Below the pieces are notes generated by a model. That model saw only the letters and a list, made by a program, of their open reading frames with translations. It had not been told where the DNA came from and ran no database searches. From contig JANHCV010000004.1 in the NCBI GenBank assembly GCA_025594325.1, positions 2,449,225-2,513,224 on the forward strand: DNA of 64,000 nt, read 5' to 3'. Shown piece by piece: positions 1-11,830 of this stretch. Origin of the DNA: Blastocladiella emersonii ATCC 22665. Lineage: Eukaryota; Fungi; Blastocladiomycota. Numbering within the stretch: the first letter of the stretch is position 1; each line of letters begins with the position of its first letter. Position numbers and translations under genes: made by a program.

Positions 1-123
1 GGAATCGTAGCCCTTCGAGTCGTCGCCATAGTAGCCCGAGTCGTAGGAGCCGTACGAGTCATCACCGTAGTAGCCCGAGTCGTAGCCGCCGTACGAGTCG
101 TCGCCGTAGCCGTAGCCAGTCAT
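1..123 (-). CDS. 5' part of a Tyr/Gly/Asp/Ser-rich repeat protein (runs off the window start)
   Basis: ATG at 123 in TTCACC-ATG context, with an ATAAATA TATA-like box about 150 bp upstream. Translates as MTGYGYGDDSYGGYDSGYYGDDSYGSYDSGYYGDDSKGYDS, open to position 1. Not in the supplied ORF track. Confidence 0.75.
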   Translation of the reverse strand, partial: MTGYGYGDDSYGGYDSGYYGDDSYGSYDSGYYGDDSKGYDS

Positions 124-1066
124 GGTGAAGGAGGGGGTGGGTGGTGGGGAGAGGAGGGGAGGCTGTGCGACCGAAGGCGCAGGCGGAGTGTGCAAGGGTG
201 CAAGGGAGGGGAGAGAGGACTGGGTTGTGCTCGCTGTCGAATCGAGAGGGAGGGATGCGGGGCGGCGGCCGGTATTTATCGGCGGGCCGGGTCGAGGGCG
301 GGGACGGCGAGGGCGGAGGCGGCGAGCAGCGAGTGGCGGCAGTCGGCCACGCGCGCGGCTCGAGATCCAGCGAGGAAGGCGGCGAGAAGGACGCGGAGCG
401 CGACGTGAAGCTAGCGCGTAGATCCACTTCCGCAGCCACGGTGAGCGGCCGCGGTGCGCAGCTTGCCTCCTTTGCCGATCGATGGCGGATCCCGTCGGCG
501 TCGTGACGGCGCAGCTTGGCTCCCGGTCGGCGCGGCGCCTAGCTCCGTGCGCCAGCTGGCGTATGGAGCTAGACGCCACCTCCCCGAAGCGTCGGCAGGG
601 GCACGCGGCGCGATCTCGACGCCAGCGCGAGACGCTGCGCTAGGTCCAGTTGCCACGCTCGCGAGGCGTCGGGACGTCGACATGAGGGCAGGCTCAACTT
701 TCGCGGAGCTATGCGTGGCGGCGGCGCGCTGCGCGTTGCATCCAGTTGCTTTCCATTTGCTTGCATCCGCGTCGGCAGGGACCCGTGGGAAGGGGAGGCG
801 TGTGCGCAAAGTGGCCGGGAGGGAAAGTTGTCTCGCGGCTCGTGTTTCATCTGCGAGCGCTGGTCACGCCTTTTCGCGACGCGTCCTCACACGCGCGAGA
901 GGCGATCGAGAGACGCGAACTGCGTCCCGATCGTGGAAAACGGCCGAGAGTGGCGAGTTGAGAGCAAAACAGATGTTATATACACTAGGCTCGAACGATA
1001 CATATACTTACACAACCGAAACCCACTCGATTCTGAGCGCCCACACGCGCTCCCTCCATCCCCTCC

Positions 1067-2770
1067 TCAGATCAGCGCCGCCACGGCCACGAACACGGCG
1101 TCGGGGGCGGGCGCAATCAGGGGCATCTCGACGCGGCCGAAGAACTCGACCGCCATGGCCACGTTCTTGGCGTACGACCCCTTGACAGTCGACACCTCGG
1201 CCGTGCACAGCGTCGCCAGCACGGGCGCGACGAGCGGCACCATGCGGGGCGTGCAGTTGGCCGACGTCGCGGCCATCATCTTGTTCTCCATGAGCATCTT
1301 GATGCCCTTGGTCTTGTCGCACACGTTGTTGAGCGCCAGGATGCGCTTCAGCGCGCGGCGCTCGTGCGGCGCCATCGTGAACGCCTTGTCGGCGCCGATG
1401 AACTCGAGCGCGAGGCTGATTGCGTTCAGCGTTGAGAAGTCCGAGTTCGACCGGAGGCAGTGCTAGTGACGCGCGCACGTCGAGTGTTAGTGGGTGATCG
1501 CGGTCGACGACGAGATGAGGTGAGAGAAACGTACCTCGGCCACCCGGATCCATTTCTGGACGACCGCATCGTCCAGCGACGCGGCGCCCTTGACCGACAG
1601 CTTGACCAGGTTGTAGACCCCGGTGTGCACCGTGGTCTTGTTCTTCTCCTCGAGCACCTTGGCCACCGCGGACCCGAGCACCTTGGGGTCGGCCGACTCG
1701 ACGCCGCGAGCGGCCGCGCGGACCTTGTCGACGGTCTTGACGAGCTCGGACGCGGCGAGCGCGGTCAGCGCCTTGGCGAGGTCGCGCGACGGGACCTCGA
1801 GCACGAGGCGGGCGGCCTCGGCGCCCGCCGACGCGTCGCCCTGGTCGAGACCGTCGGCGCGCGTGACGATGCCCGCGACCTTGTTGAAGGCGAAGCGAGC
1901 GGCGCGACGCAGCTTCGAGTCCTTGGGCGTCTTGAGCGGCTTGGCCTGCTTGCCAGCCGGGGTGATGGGGGTCGAGATCTTGACAGCGGCGGTGTCGATC
2001 TCGAGGTGCAGCTGCTGCTCGGGGACCGTGAGCGGGACGACGGGGGTCTGTGGGATACGAGAGGAGGGTGTGTGAGCATGACTGAACATGAAGGAAAAGG
2101 AAGTCATCGAGTCGAGAGAACGTACCCCAGACAAGCTGAGCAGCGACGCCGAGGCGCGGAGGCACTTGAAGGGTGCCGCGAGCGCATCGACGACCTTGCC
2201 AGCGAACTTGTTGAAGATCGACAGGGGCTTGGAGGTCGAGGTGGCGGCCGCCGAGGGCGCGGGCACGAGGTGCTCCTGCGAGCCCGAGTCGGCGACGGCG
2301 AGGTCGGCCGCCAGGTGCTCGACCGCGTCCTCGTGAGAGTCAGCGGGAGCAAGGTCGGCGGCCGCGGGGGTGGTGGGGGTGGTCTCGGTCGTGGCGAGGG
2401 CCGACACCGAGTCGATCGAGGACGCCGAGATGAGCGACGCGGTCTCGGGCGCCGATACGAGCGGCGCGGCCTCGGGAGCCGATACGAGCGGCGCAGCCTC
2501 GATCGCCGACACGAGCGGCGCGATCTCGAGCGCGGGCACGAGCGGCGCGGCCTCGAGCGCGGGCACGAGCGGTGCGGGCTCGAGCTCGGACGTCTCGACG
2601 GCAATGATGCCCGTGGCCGGTTGGCCGACGGGGACGTACTGGATCTCTGGCATGCCCATGACGCGGTTCATCTCGAACCAGTCGCGCATCTCGAGGACAT
2701 GCCCGGAGAGGAAGAGGTGAGCGTCGCGGGTGAACCAGGTTGGAACGGGGTCTTGACCGTGGGCGGCCAT
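1067..2770 (-). CDS. Hypothetical protein with 9-aa tandem repeats; probably 2 introns (~2050-2120, ~1465-1533)
   Basis: ORF 1487..2770 starts in TTCACC-ATG context with host-like codon bias. A GTACGT...CTAAC...CTAG intron joins it to the exon read as ORF 1067..1375 (HCLRSNSDF...AVAALI*). Confidence 0.65.
2424..2585 (-). repeat. 27-bp coding minisatellite, ~6 copies (EAAPLV[P/S]A[L/P/I])
   Basis: Units such as GCCGATACGAGCGGCGCGGCCTCGGGA / GCGGGCACGAGCGGCGCGGCCTCGAGC repeated in tandem. Confidence 0.9.
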
Positions 2771-5299
2771 GGTGAAGACGTTGCGCGGTTGGTCGAACGA
2801 CGACTACACAAGGAGGCCGAGAGATGGACATCATGAGTGGTTGCCGCTCGACTAATCAAGCACAAAACGCGTAGCGTAACCGTGGGGGAAGACGCGCGGT
2901 TAGTCGAAACGACGACTACACGGGGAGGTCGAGGGTCAGTCGCTGTGAGTCGGCGCCGCTCTTCGACTCGAGCGCGCAGCGCGTACCGTAACCGTGCGGG
3001 AGGGAGGCAGGAGCGAAGACGACGGACTGGCCTGGGGCGAGGCTGGTCGGTCGGGGGTGCTTGCAGGAAGCGCAGAAGTGGCGGTGCCGAGGGTGCTGGG
3101 CCGTAGAAGTCGAGCCGTGGACGAGCGTCAAGACGATGACGACGAGGTGGTTCGTCGGCGGCGAAGGCGAGCTTGAACGGGAGCAGGTGGGCAGAGCCGG
3201 GTGCGCTGGATGCAGGCAAGTTGGGGTGTAACAACACTTGAAGCGTTGCGCCTGGAAATCCGTCGAGTCGATGCGGGTCGTGTTAACGAGGGTGCAAATG
3301 GCTGGCGGATGAGGAACATGGGAGAGCGGGGTTGGCGGGGTTGCGGGCAGTCATTTTGTACTGCGGGCAGTGTGTAGGGCTAGTGAGCGAGGTGAAGTCG
3401 AGGATTCGCGGTCGGTCACGACGACTGACTGACCGGCGAACGAGCGCGATGGTCAGCCGAGCGCCGCGCACCTGACCTGGAATGACCCTCGCTTTCACGG
3501 CTCGGCCGAAGCGAAAGCGGGTGATGCAGGAGGCTGAGCCGAAAGCGTGATGTCTCGCACCTCGGCACCGCCACGCGACGCGTAGCTGTTGCAGCAGAGC
3601 GCGGTGATCGGCCACGCCGCGGGATCAGCGAGCCGAGATCGCTGGTGCCCGCGCACCGTCACGATAGAGCTTCCTCCAGCGGGTTAATCTTCATCTCAGC
3701 GGTGCTTCATGCCCGCATCTCTGACGAAGTCGGCGAGAGAGCAAAAGACCCGATGCGCGGGCCCGCGCACGCCGTCGATCGTGCGGCCACTGGTCGAGCT
3801 GAGCGCGGAAGCATGGTCACCGATGGATAAGCTGCTCTCTCGCGCTCTCTCGCGCTCTCTCGCAACAGATACGGTCATAGGTCACCTGCAAGGCTTCCCC
3901 GTCGAGCGGCAGCTTGGCGGCGGGGAAGCGTGCACGAGCGCGAGTGTATGAGCGAGGGAGCGAGCGGGGGAGGGTCCAAGACCCATCGTGGGGCAATCGT
4001 GAGGATAGTCTCGGCAAGGGAAGGAGCAGGCGCGGCCGTGTGTAGCAGGAGAGGCAATGCGGTACCATAAGGTACGAGAGAGGAGGGGTGACCCGGCGCG
4101 GGGTACGAGTGAGGCGGTGGAGGGAGGGAAGCGCGCGACGAGGGCCTCGAGAACACCGATCCGTCATAGTTTCAGCAAGTGTTGACGAGGAAGATACATG
4201 GGAGCGCGCGGATCGGGTCAGTGCGTGTGTCGAGGGAAGCGGGAAGAGCGCGTCGGTCATACCGCGTGATGTGGCGCCGCCGCCGACCCCACGCTGCCCG
4301 GGCAACGCGTGCGTGCGCCGACGCGTGGGAGCCCACGTCAGGGGAACCGACCGCCCCCGTGGCGCAGCCGCCCTTGACCGCCGTCCCCACCACCAGCAAC
4401 GACTCACGGTACACAGAGCGCGAGCGGTAAGCGCGGTGTCCCGCGGGAGAAGACCGATCGCGCGACGCACCCCGTCCAGCCTTAAGCGCAAGACGACGCG
4501 CTGTCCGACTTATCGCATCCAGTACTAATTTCGGTAGAGACGGGTTTCGAGAGCTCAGGTCAGTCGAGGCGGGCGACGCGGCGAGCGGTAGTAGCCGTGA
4601 GGGTAGTGACGCGCGGGCCGCGCGGCCGGGGCGCAAGGTGACCGACCTCGCTGCACAGACCGCCCTTCATCGTCTCACTGCACATCGGACTCTCTCGCGT
4701 GTCAATCGAGGCTGCCGAGGCGGCCGAAACGGCGAGCGCCGGTAGCAGTGAGGGCGGGGACGCGCGCGGCCAGCATGGTCGCCTCACGCCCATCACCGAC
4801 CTCGAGCCCGCCCTCCTGCGCCTTCTTACACATCGAGATCGCATGCGCATGACGTTGCCGCACCTCGCCCATGCCGCGCGCGAGTGTCGCGACCGTTACG
4901 AGCGATCCAGCTGGCGTGGGAAGAGCTGTGATCGCGAAACTGATCATGTCGGGCTGCACGACGTTGCGGCGGTGCCCCGGGCGTCAGGGCCTCGGCGGGG
5001 TCGCGGGCAGTTGATTGCATGAAGCTACGAGTACGATTCATTTGAGTGGTGGAGTTGCGTTGGTGTAGGTGGAGAGCGGGGATGGGTTCCGTGCCACCTC
5101 GCCGACTTAGCCAACGCGTCGCGGTGGCCGCTCGCCAATCTTGCAGGCCTCCCCCTTCGACGCCGCGACCAAGGGACCTGCAGAAAATTTCTCTTAAGAT
5201 GCTTACATTGCTACGAAGCCCAAAAACCGGACCCTAGCCTCCGATCTCACACCCATCTCGCTCAGCTCCACATCGCCTCGCGCATGCGCGACCTTCGCT

Positions 5300-5795
5300 C
5301 TTGGCGAGCAGGCACTGCGCGACTCGCTGGTTGGCGTCGGGCAGCACGTCGAGGAGTACCGCGACCGCGGCGACCACATCGCCCGCGCGGCCAACCTCGA
5401 GACGCGCGCCGTACGTGTTCATGGGATGGGTACGAGCGGGTCCGCGGGCTCGCGCGGCCAGTGCTTGAGCAGGCACGCGGGCACGCTCGGTACGCGGTCC
5501 CCGCGGCGTCGTACCGGTTGCGGTCTATGCGCTCGTGAAGCTCCGTGACGGTGTCGGCGTCGATGGGCACGCGGAAGATGCCCTCAGCGGCGAGGCCGCC
5601 GAGCTCCAGCACCGCCTGGCGCAGGGACATAAGGGTGCGCGGGTACTCGAGTCGCTGGCGGCGCATGGTCTCGTCGAGCGTGTCGCCGAACACGGACGGC
5701 GAGTAGGGCGCTTCAATCATGAGCTCAAGCTCGGGGAGCGACAGCGGGGTGCCGTGCGGCCCGCGGCTGTGGGCCTCACGCAGCCTCGCGAACAT
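5300..5795 (-). pseudogene. Degenerate RhoGAP-domain fragment with two frameshifts
   Basis: FGDTLDETM...LGGLAAEGIFRVP...; then in another frame VPACLLKHWPREPADPLVPIP*; then in a third frame LLDVLPDANQRVAQCLL. These are the consecutive RhoGAP motifs. Confidence 0.75.
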
Positions 5796-5880
5796 GGCAG
5801 TGCGCCGCTCTCTCGAAACACTGCGCCGAAGCAACAATCGCGTTGTATCACGTACGGAATAGGGCCACATGGACCCCGCA

Positions 5881-6612
5881 CTAGTAGTTTCTGCGCCAGA
5901 ACCCGCGCCCCTCGCCGTCCTCGTCGCTGCCGTACCCGTCCGAGCCGTAATCCGGCCCCGAATAGTCGCCGCCTCCGCCGTACACGTCGGCGAGGATCTC
6001 CGAGTCAGAGGCGTCGCCGTAGCACGACCGCGGCCCGTGCTTCTCGTACTTGCCCTCGTCGAGGTCGCGGTCGAGGCACCACTCGAGCGCCTTGCGCGAC
6101 CGCGAGTTGATGATGACGAACGGGTCGAGGTCAAAGCAGCCCGAGTCGTACCACCACTGGAGCACATCGACGTGGCCGCTGTGCAACGCGTTGGACTGCG
6201 CCGTGTCGTGGTCGAGGTCGAGCTTCGCGTCGCGCCACCAGCTGAGCAGCGCGAGGTTGCGCTTTGCGCTCGCGGCGTCGAGCGCCTTGTGCGAGTACTT
6301 GAGCTTTAGGCCCGAGCCGCGCCACCACGTCAGCAGCGGGATGTCCCCGTTCGCCGCGGCCCCGTCCATGGCGGCCGTAGTGTACTTGAGCGGGAGGCCA
6401 GACTGCTTCCACCACTCAAGCCCTGCCACGCGGCCGCGGGCCGACAGCTTGTCCATGGAGCACCATGTCAGCTTCGGGATGACCGCGCAGCGGAGCGGCT
6501 CTGACGGCGGAAGGACAGCCAGGTACGCGAGCAGCTGGTGCGGTTTCCGATGCTCCATCTCGACCGCGGCGAGAAGAATCCTCCCGATAATCTCCTTTGA
6601 CAAGCGTTTCAT
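5881..6612 (-). CDS. F-box-like N-terminus plus divergent ankyrin-like (WW) repeat protein
   Basis: LSKEIIGRIL N-terminal motif; repeats MDxxAAxGxxxLLxWWxxSGL (MDGAAANGDIPLLTWWRGSGL, HSGHVDVLQWWYDSG). Confidence 0.8.
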   Translation of the reverse strand: MKRLSKEIIGRILLAAVEMEHRKPHQLLAYLAVLPPSEPLRCAVIPKLTWCSMDKLSARGRVAGLEWWKQSGLPLKYTTAAMDGAAANGDIPLLTWWRGSGLKLKYSHKALDAASAKRNLALLSWWRDAKLDLDHDTAQSNALHSGHVDVLQWWYDSGCFDLDPFVIINSRSRKALEWCLDRDLDEGKYEKHGPRSCYGDASDSEILADVYGGGGDYSGPDYGSDGYGSDEDGEGRGFWRRNY

Positions 6613-6808
6613 TGGTTTTCAGAGTCGTGAGTGTGAGGCCTTTGGGGAGCGAGGGTCGCTCGCGGTCGCGCTTCAGCCGTTCGTGCCGGCGCTGGAGGGT
6701 CGAGCAGCCGGTCCCTGTGTTGATGTTCCCCGCCCCTCTGTAGACAAGGCCGCTCGCAACGGCTCCCCATGTAACCCAACTTGCTGCACTTAATCCATCC
6801 AGCCCGCC

Positions 6809-8041
6809 ATGACCTCCGTGATCCGTGCGACGTCGGCGAACGCGCTGATGCTAGGCGGCTCGGCTGCCATCCACACGGTCCAGCTGCTGGCCCTCCCGCT
6901 TGCCGCCGTCAGCAACCGTCTGTTCACGCGGACCATCGACGCCACGCAGGTCGCCTTTGCCGAGCTGCTCCTCCTGGTCCACGTTGCATGCACTCCGGCT
7001 GCGAGCATCGAGGTGACGGCCGACGCGGGCGTCTTCACCGAGGCACAGTGGGCGGCGCTCGCCGGCGAGTCTCCGTCGGCTGCCGACGCGGATGCGCTGA
7101 TTGCGGACCTCGGCGCGCGCGCCGTCCTGCTGTCCAACCACCAGACGCTGTTCGACTGGATGTTCCTGTGGTTCGTGGCGTACCGCGTCGACCGGGCGGC
7201 CGCGCTCAAGATCATCCTCAAGGAGTCGCCCAAGTACATTCCGATTCTCGGGCCCGGCATGATGTTCTTCAAGTTCATCTTCCTCAAGCGCGACTGGTCG
7301 CGGGACCAGCACGCGCTGCACGCAGCGATGCGGCGGCTGCGCGGCGAGCCCGCGGCCGACCCCAAGTGGCTGCTCGTGTTCCCCGAGGGCACGATTCTCA
7401 CCGAGAACACGCTCGGCAAGACACGCACGTTCGCCGCCGCCGCGGGTCTCCCCGCGCCCGCGGCGACGCTCGTCCCGCGGACCACGGGGATCCACGCCAT
7501 CATGCGCGACCTGCTCACGGCCGATAACGAGTTGCCGGGCAAGCCGTTCGACCGCGTGCTCGACGTGACGCTCGGGTACACGCCGGCGCCCGGCGGCAAG
7601 CTGCCCGGCAACGCGTACCACCCGATCGACATTTACGTCCGCGGCAACGCGCCCAAGACCGTCTACTTCCACTTCTCGGCCGCCAACGACTTTCCCGCGT
7701 TCCCTTCCTCGTCGGTTGACCCGGCGGTCGCGGCCGCGCACCGTGCCTCCTTCGACGCGTGGGTGCTCGCCCGGTTCGCGGCCAAGGAGCAGCGCGTGCT
7801 GCGCCTGTGGGAGACGGGCAAGTGGATCAGCGGCGATGCCAAGGACGGCGCTGCCGCCGCCAAGGAGGGGGAGCGCCGCGTCACGATCCCCATCAGCTTC
7901 AACGCGGGCTCGCGCCTCCTCCTCCCGTGGAACCTGCTCGGGTGTGTCACGGTCGCCGGCGCCGCTTGGACCGGTATCTACTTTGCCGACTGGGCCGGGA
8001 TCGCGGCCACCATCTCCCAGACCGCGAGCAGTTTGTGGTGA
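6809..8041 (+). CDS. Lysophospholipid acyltransferase (LCLAT1/CST26-like)
   Basis: Acyltransferase blocks NHQTLFDW (NHxxxxD), FIFLKRDW, VFPEGT, PRTTG. Confidence 0.9.
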   Translation: MTSVIRATSANALMLGGSAAIHTVQLLALPLAAVSNRLFTRTIDATQVAFAELLLLVHVACTPAASIEVTADAGVFTEAQWAALAGESPSAADADALIADLGARAVLLSNHQTLFDWMFLWFVAYRVDRAAALKIILKESPKYIPILGPGMMFFKFIFLKRDWSRDQHALHAAMRRLRGEPAADPKWLLVFPEGTILTENTLGKTRTFAAAAGLPAPAATLVPRTTGIHAIMRDLLTADNELPGKPFDRVLDVTLGYTPAPGGKLPGNAYHPIDIYVRGNAPKTVYFHFSAANDFPAFPSSSVDPAVAAAHRASFDAWVLARFAAKEQRVLRLWETGKWISGDAKDGAAAAKEGERRVTIPISFNAGSRLLLPWNLLGCVTVAGAAWTGIYFADWAGIAATISQTASSLW

Positions 8042-8093
8042 GCTCGTTTTGATAGAACCTAGATGACTAAAAATGTATCCGACCCTTCCTTCC

Positions 8094-10313
8094 TCACTGC
8101 ACACTCTCCTGGACGACGAGGACGAAGGGAACAACGTCAGTTCATTGCGAGACGATGAAAATGTACACGCGAGGGCAGCGTACATCAACGGAAGCGGTCG
8201 GTGCGGGTGCTGAGTCGCTTGGCCGTGCTGGGACCGGAGCGACTGGGTCCGTGGTTGGCGCGGGATCGGCAACCGCTGTTTCGGACGCGGCTGCGGATGG
8301 CTCGAGCTCCTTGACGAGCGGTGGCGCTGGCGGTTGCTCGGGCGCGATGGCCTGCTCGGGCGCGGCGGCCTGCTCGGTAACGGGCTCCGCCGGCCCCGCC
8401 GTCGCCACCGTGGCAGGCGACGTCTGCATCGCGGCCTCGACCGCATCGAGCGGTATCCGGCGCAGCGCCGTGTTGATGTAGCTGACGGTGCTCTGCGTGC
8501 TGCCGAGCTCCCACTCGACGAGCTGGTGGAGGTTGGTGCGCAGCGAGGTTAGGCGGACGGCAAAGTCGATCTCGCTGGCCTCGGCCTCGTCGAGCCCGGA
8601 CCGGATCTCGCCGACGAGCGACATGGTGTCCTTGAGCAGCATGTCCATGGACAGGACCAGCGAGTCGGTGCGGTTGTGCCAGTCGTCGGACACGACGCGG
8701 TCGCGCGGCATGGCCGCGGTGCTGCTGACGAGTCTCGCGGACGGCGCAGCCGACGACGTCGACGCCGCGCTGCTGCTGCTCCCGCCCGCGTGCAGTGGGT
8801 GGTACATGTCGACGGTCGCGTCGAGCGGGTTCTCAAACTGCGTCGACGAGGAAGTGGACGGGCGCCGCGACCGCGACAGCGAGCCCGCGATCGAGTCGGC
8901 CGTCGACCCGCCAAGGTTCGACGACACCGAGTTGGCCATGGCGGCGGCCGTCGTGACGTTGGTGCGGATTGACTGGACGACTGTGGACGTCATGGCCTTG
9001 AGCTTCTGCGTGCCGCGCTCGGGCGTAGCGGCCGGCGCCGCGGCCGACTTGAGGTAGTATCGGACAAAGTCGCGCGCCGGGGACGCTGAGCGGCTGCGCT
9101 CCCCGCCGCCGCTGCTGCTCCCGGTGCGGTGCTGCGCAACGGGCGGCGTGATCGAGGCGGCGACAAAGTTCGAGTATGGGACCGTGTACATGCCCGAGGC
9201 GACCGTCGACATGCTGGCGATGCTCGAGGACGACGACGACGTGGACATGGTCTGGTGCGACTGGCGCCGGCCGCGGTGCAGCGACGCGGCCTCGCTGCCG
9301 CCGCTGGCGCCATCGGCCATGGACCGCAGCGAGCCCGACATGCGCGACGTCGACTGCGACCGCGGGACGTGATACGCGTGGCGCGACGGCAGCTCGGACG
9401 GCGGGTTGTCGTACGGGTACCCGGTGCTCGAGTTGAGCGAAGTGCCCGGGTCGGCTGGTTGCTGCGGCTGCTGCTGGTAGTGGCGCTCGTTGACGAGCCG
9501 CGGCGAAGCCGAAGCCGGCCGCTGCTGCTGCGCCGACGAACCCGACGAGGCGGCGATGCCCGAGTCCATGGCCGGGTCCTCCTCGGAGATGGACGAGGCC
9601 ATGTGCGCCGACCCGTGGTCGCTCCCGCGCGAGCTCGGGCGGTACGCGATCGGGTGGTGGTACGGCCAGCTCATCTCGCCGGGCGACGGCGCGGGCTGCG
9701 ACGACGGGGAGAGCGGGTGGTCCGCGTGCGACGCAATGACCTGGAGGTGCGACTGCGGGTGAGCCGCTTGCGATAGCGAGGCGGCAGAGCCACGTTCAAG
9801 CGAGGAACGGCGGTCGCTGACCTGCGCGGCCGAGGTGATCAGGCGCGGGGCATCGGAGGACGGCGTTTCCTTGGCGGCCCACGCTTGGCGCGGGACCGAG
9901 GCCGAGTATACGGCAGCGGCGTGGTCCGCGGTGGCGGTTGTCGGCATCCCCGTCGTCGTGTACGACGCGAACGGCGAGCCCGTCGAGACGAGAGTCGAGC
10001 GGGTGAGGTCCACGGCCGGTGCTCCCGCGGACTGCTGGCGGCGCACGGCCGATCGCACGTTCGGCGAGATGGGGACGGCGATGGAGCGGGCGTTGGGGTT
10101 GCCGCCGAACAGCTCGTCGAGGACGGGCCGCGCGCTGGAGACGAGCGACGAGGCGATTTCGCGGCCGACGACCATGCGTTCGCCGCCGCCGCGCCGCTTG
10201 TCCTCGTAGCCGGTGAGCGGCGGCGGCGTGGCCGAGTCCATGATGGCGGACTGGATCTCGGCGGCGGAGAGCACCTCGAACGAATCGGCCGAGTGCAGGG
10301 GTCTTGATGACAT
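8094..10313 (-). CDS. Hypothetical low-complexity Ser/Pro/Ala-rich protein with a C-terminal helical segment; probable 3' intron 8109-8183
   Basis: ATG at 10313 (MSSRPLHSADSFEVL) and host codon bias. The amphipathic segment DSLVLSMDMLLKDTMSLVGEIRSGLDEAE... lies near the C-terminus. A GTACGC...CTGAC...CAG intron gives terminal exon ESVQ*. Confidence 0.65.
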
Positions 10314-10715
10314 GGGTGGTGTGTGATGTCTGCTGGCAGTAAGGCCCAGCGCGGTACCCGATGCGCAGAGATGCCAGGGACGGGCGAGGAGGGCCGCGGG
10401 CCGCCCGATGCCAATGAGCGAGCGGAAATCCTCGCGCGATACATGGGGCCGCGCGGGAGGCAGATAAAGCGGGCACGTTCGTGAGGTGGGAGAGGTTCTG
10501 CGTTTTGCGGGCGCTCGCCGACCGACGCGAGGGCGCGGGACGCGTCGCGAAAGCACGTGGGAAGCAGCTGACGGCCGGTCGCGCTCTTCGTTCCTCGCGC
10601 CGCTGTGTCGCCGTCGCCGGCGACCCTTCGCATGCTTGGCTTCCCGCGCGGCAGTGCCCCTCAACCAATGCGAAGCCCGCACTTGATGCATCTCTGAACG
10701 AACGGACGCAGCACC

Positions 10716-11750
10716 ATGGATGACCTCGACATTTACGGCGACGAGTACCTCTACGAGCCCTCCGTACGTGGTACTCGCGCGATCCGGCCTCCAGCCCCGC
10801 CGCTCACCCACCCCTCGCCCAACGTCTAGGCCGAGATCCAGATCGTACCTGATGGCGTTGCACAGACGCCGCTCGATGCTCCCGCGGGCACCGCGCCCGC
10901 CCCGGTCGTGACTGGGTTCGGCGGCGTTGCGGCGCCCGTCAAGCGCACCGCCGAGTCCGGCCCGCGCTCCGCTACCGCGTCGGGACCAGCGCCGCCCGAA
11001 GTCCGCGCACCCGCGCGCCGCGCCGCCAACGCGGACGACGACATTCTCGCCGGGTACGGCGAGGTGCAGCCGGAGCCCATGGACGTGGAGCCTGTGCCTG
11101 CGCCCGCCGCGCCGCGTGCCGCTGCTGCGCCCCGCGACCCGAGTCAGCCGCAGTACGACTCGCACGTGCAGCCGAACCCACACGCGCAGCAGCAGGTGTT
11201 CGAGATCGAGCCGCACGCCACGTCGGCGCTGCTGATCGACGACCTGAGCTGGTGGACGTCGGACCGCGACATTGCGCAGATCGCGGCGCTCGTGACGCAG
11301 GACCCGACGTGCGTGCGCGACGTGGTGTTCAGCGAGCACAAGATCAACGGCAAGTCGCGCGGGTCCGCCTGGGTCACTCTCACGTCCGTCGAGAACGCGG
11401 CTAAGACCAAGTTCCAGTTCGAGTCGATCGAGATCGACGGCCGCATCCCGACCGTCCGGTACACCGACCCCGTCAACAACCCGTTCCGCGTCCTGCCCAA
11501 GGACGCGTACGGCCGCCCGCCGTTTGGCGGCAACGGCGCGCCCGGCGGGTACCAGCGGCCCATGGGCGGACCCGGTCTGCCACCAGCACCGCACCGCGGC
11601 GGGGTCGGTGGCGGCGGGCCCGGCGGCTTCCAGAACCGTGGGTACCAGCAACAGCCCCCGCACGGCGGCAACTACGGCGGCGGCCGGCCACCCATGCACG
11701 GCGGGCCTGGCGGCTACCACCAGCGGCCGCCGCAGGGCGGGTACTACTGA
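10716..11750 (+). CDS. CPSF6: RRM protein, CPSF6/CPSF7 (CFIm large subunit)-like; intron 10764-10829
   Basis: N-terminus MDDLDIYGD; RRM ALLIDDLSWWTSDRD...FSEHKINGKSRGSAWV matches the CFIm68 signature (LxWWTTD, ENRANGQSKG). Gly/Pro-rich tail; the 66-bp GTACGT...TAG intron keeps frame. Confidence 0.85.
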
Positions 11751-11830
11751 TACCTTTCGGCTCAGGTCTCGATTTTGGCATATGACGTAATATCAAAACT
11801 GTATACTCCACACGCTCTCTTCCCTCCAAT

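Noticed and set aside
2850-5230. Possible genes or TE remnants in the 2.4-kb interval (several short ORFs; GCTCTCTCGC x3 at ~3833-3862)
   Set aside because: No coherent codon bias, splice pattern or recognisable motif; the short microsatellite is unremarkable.
8142-11720. 1192-aa ORF on the minus strand
   Set aside because: Its first ~470 aa are the antisense shadow of the CPSF6-like gene and intergenic DNA; the credible gene starts at 10313.
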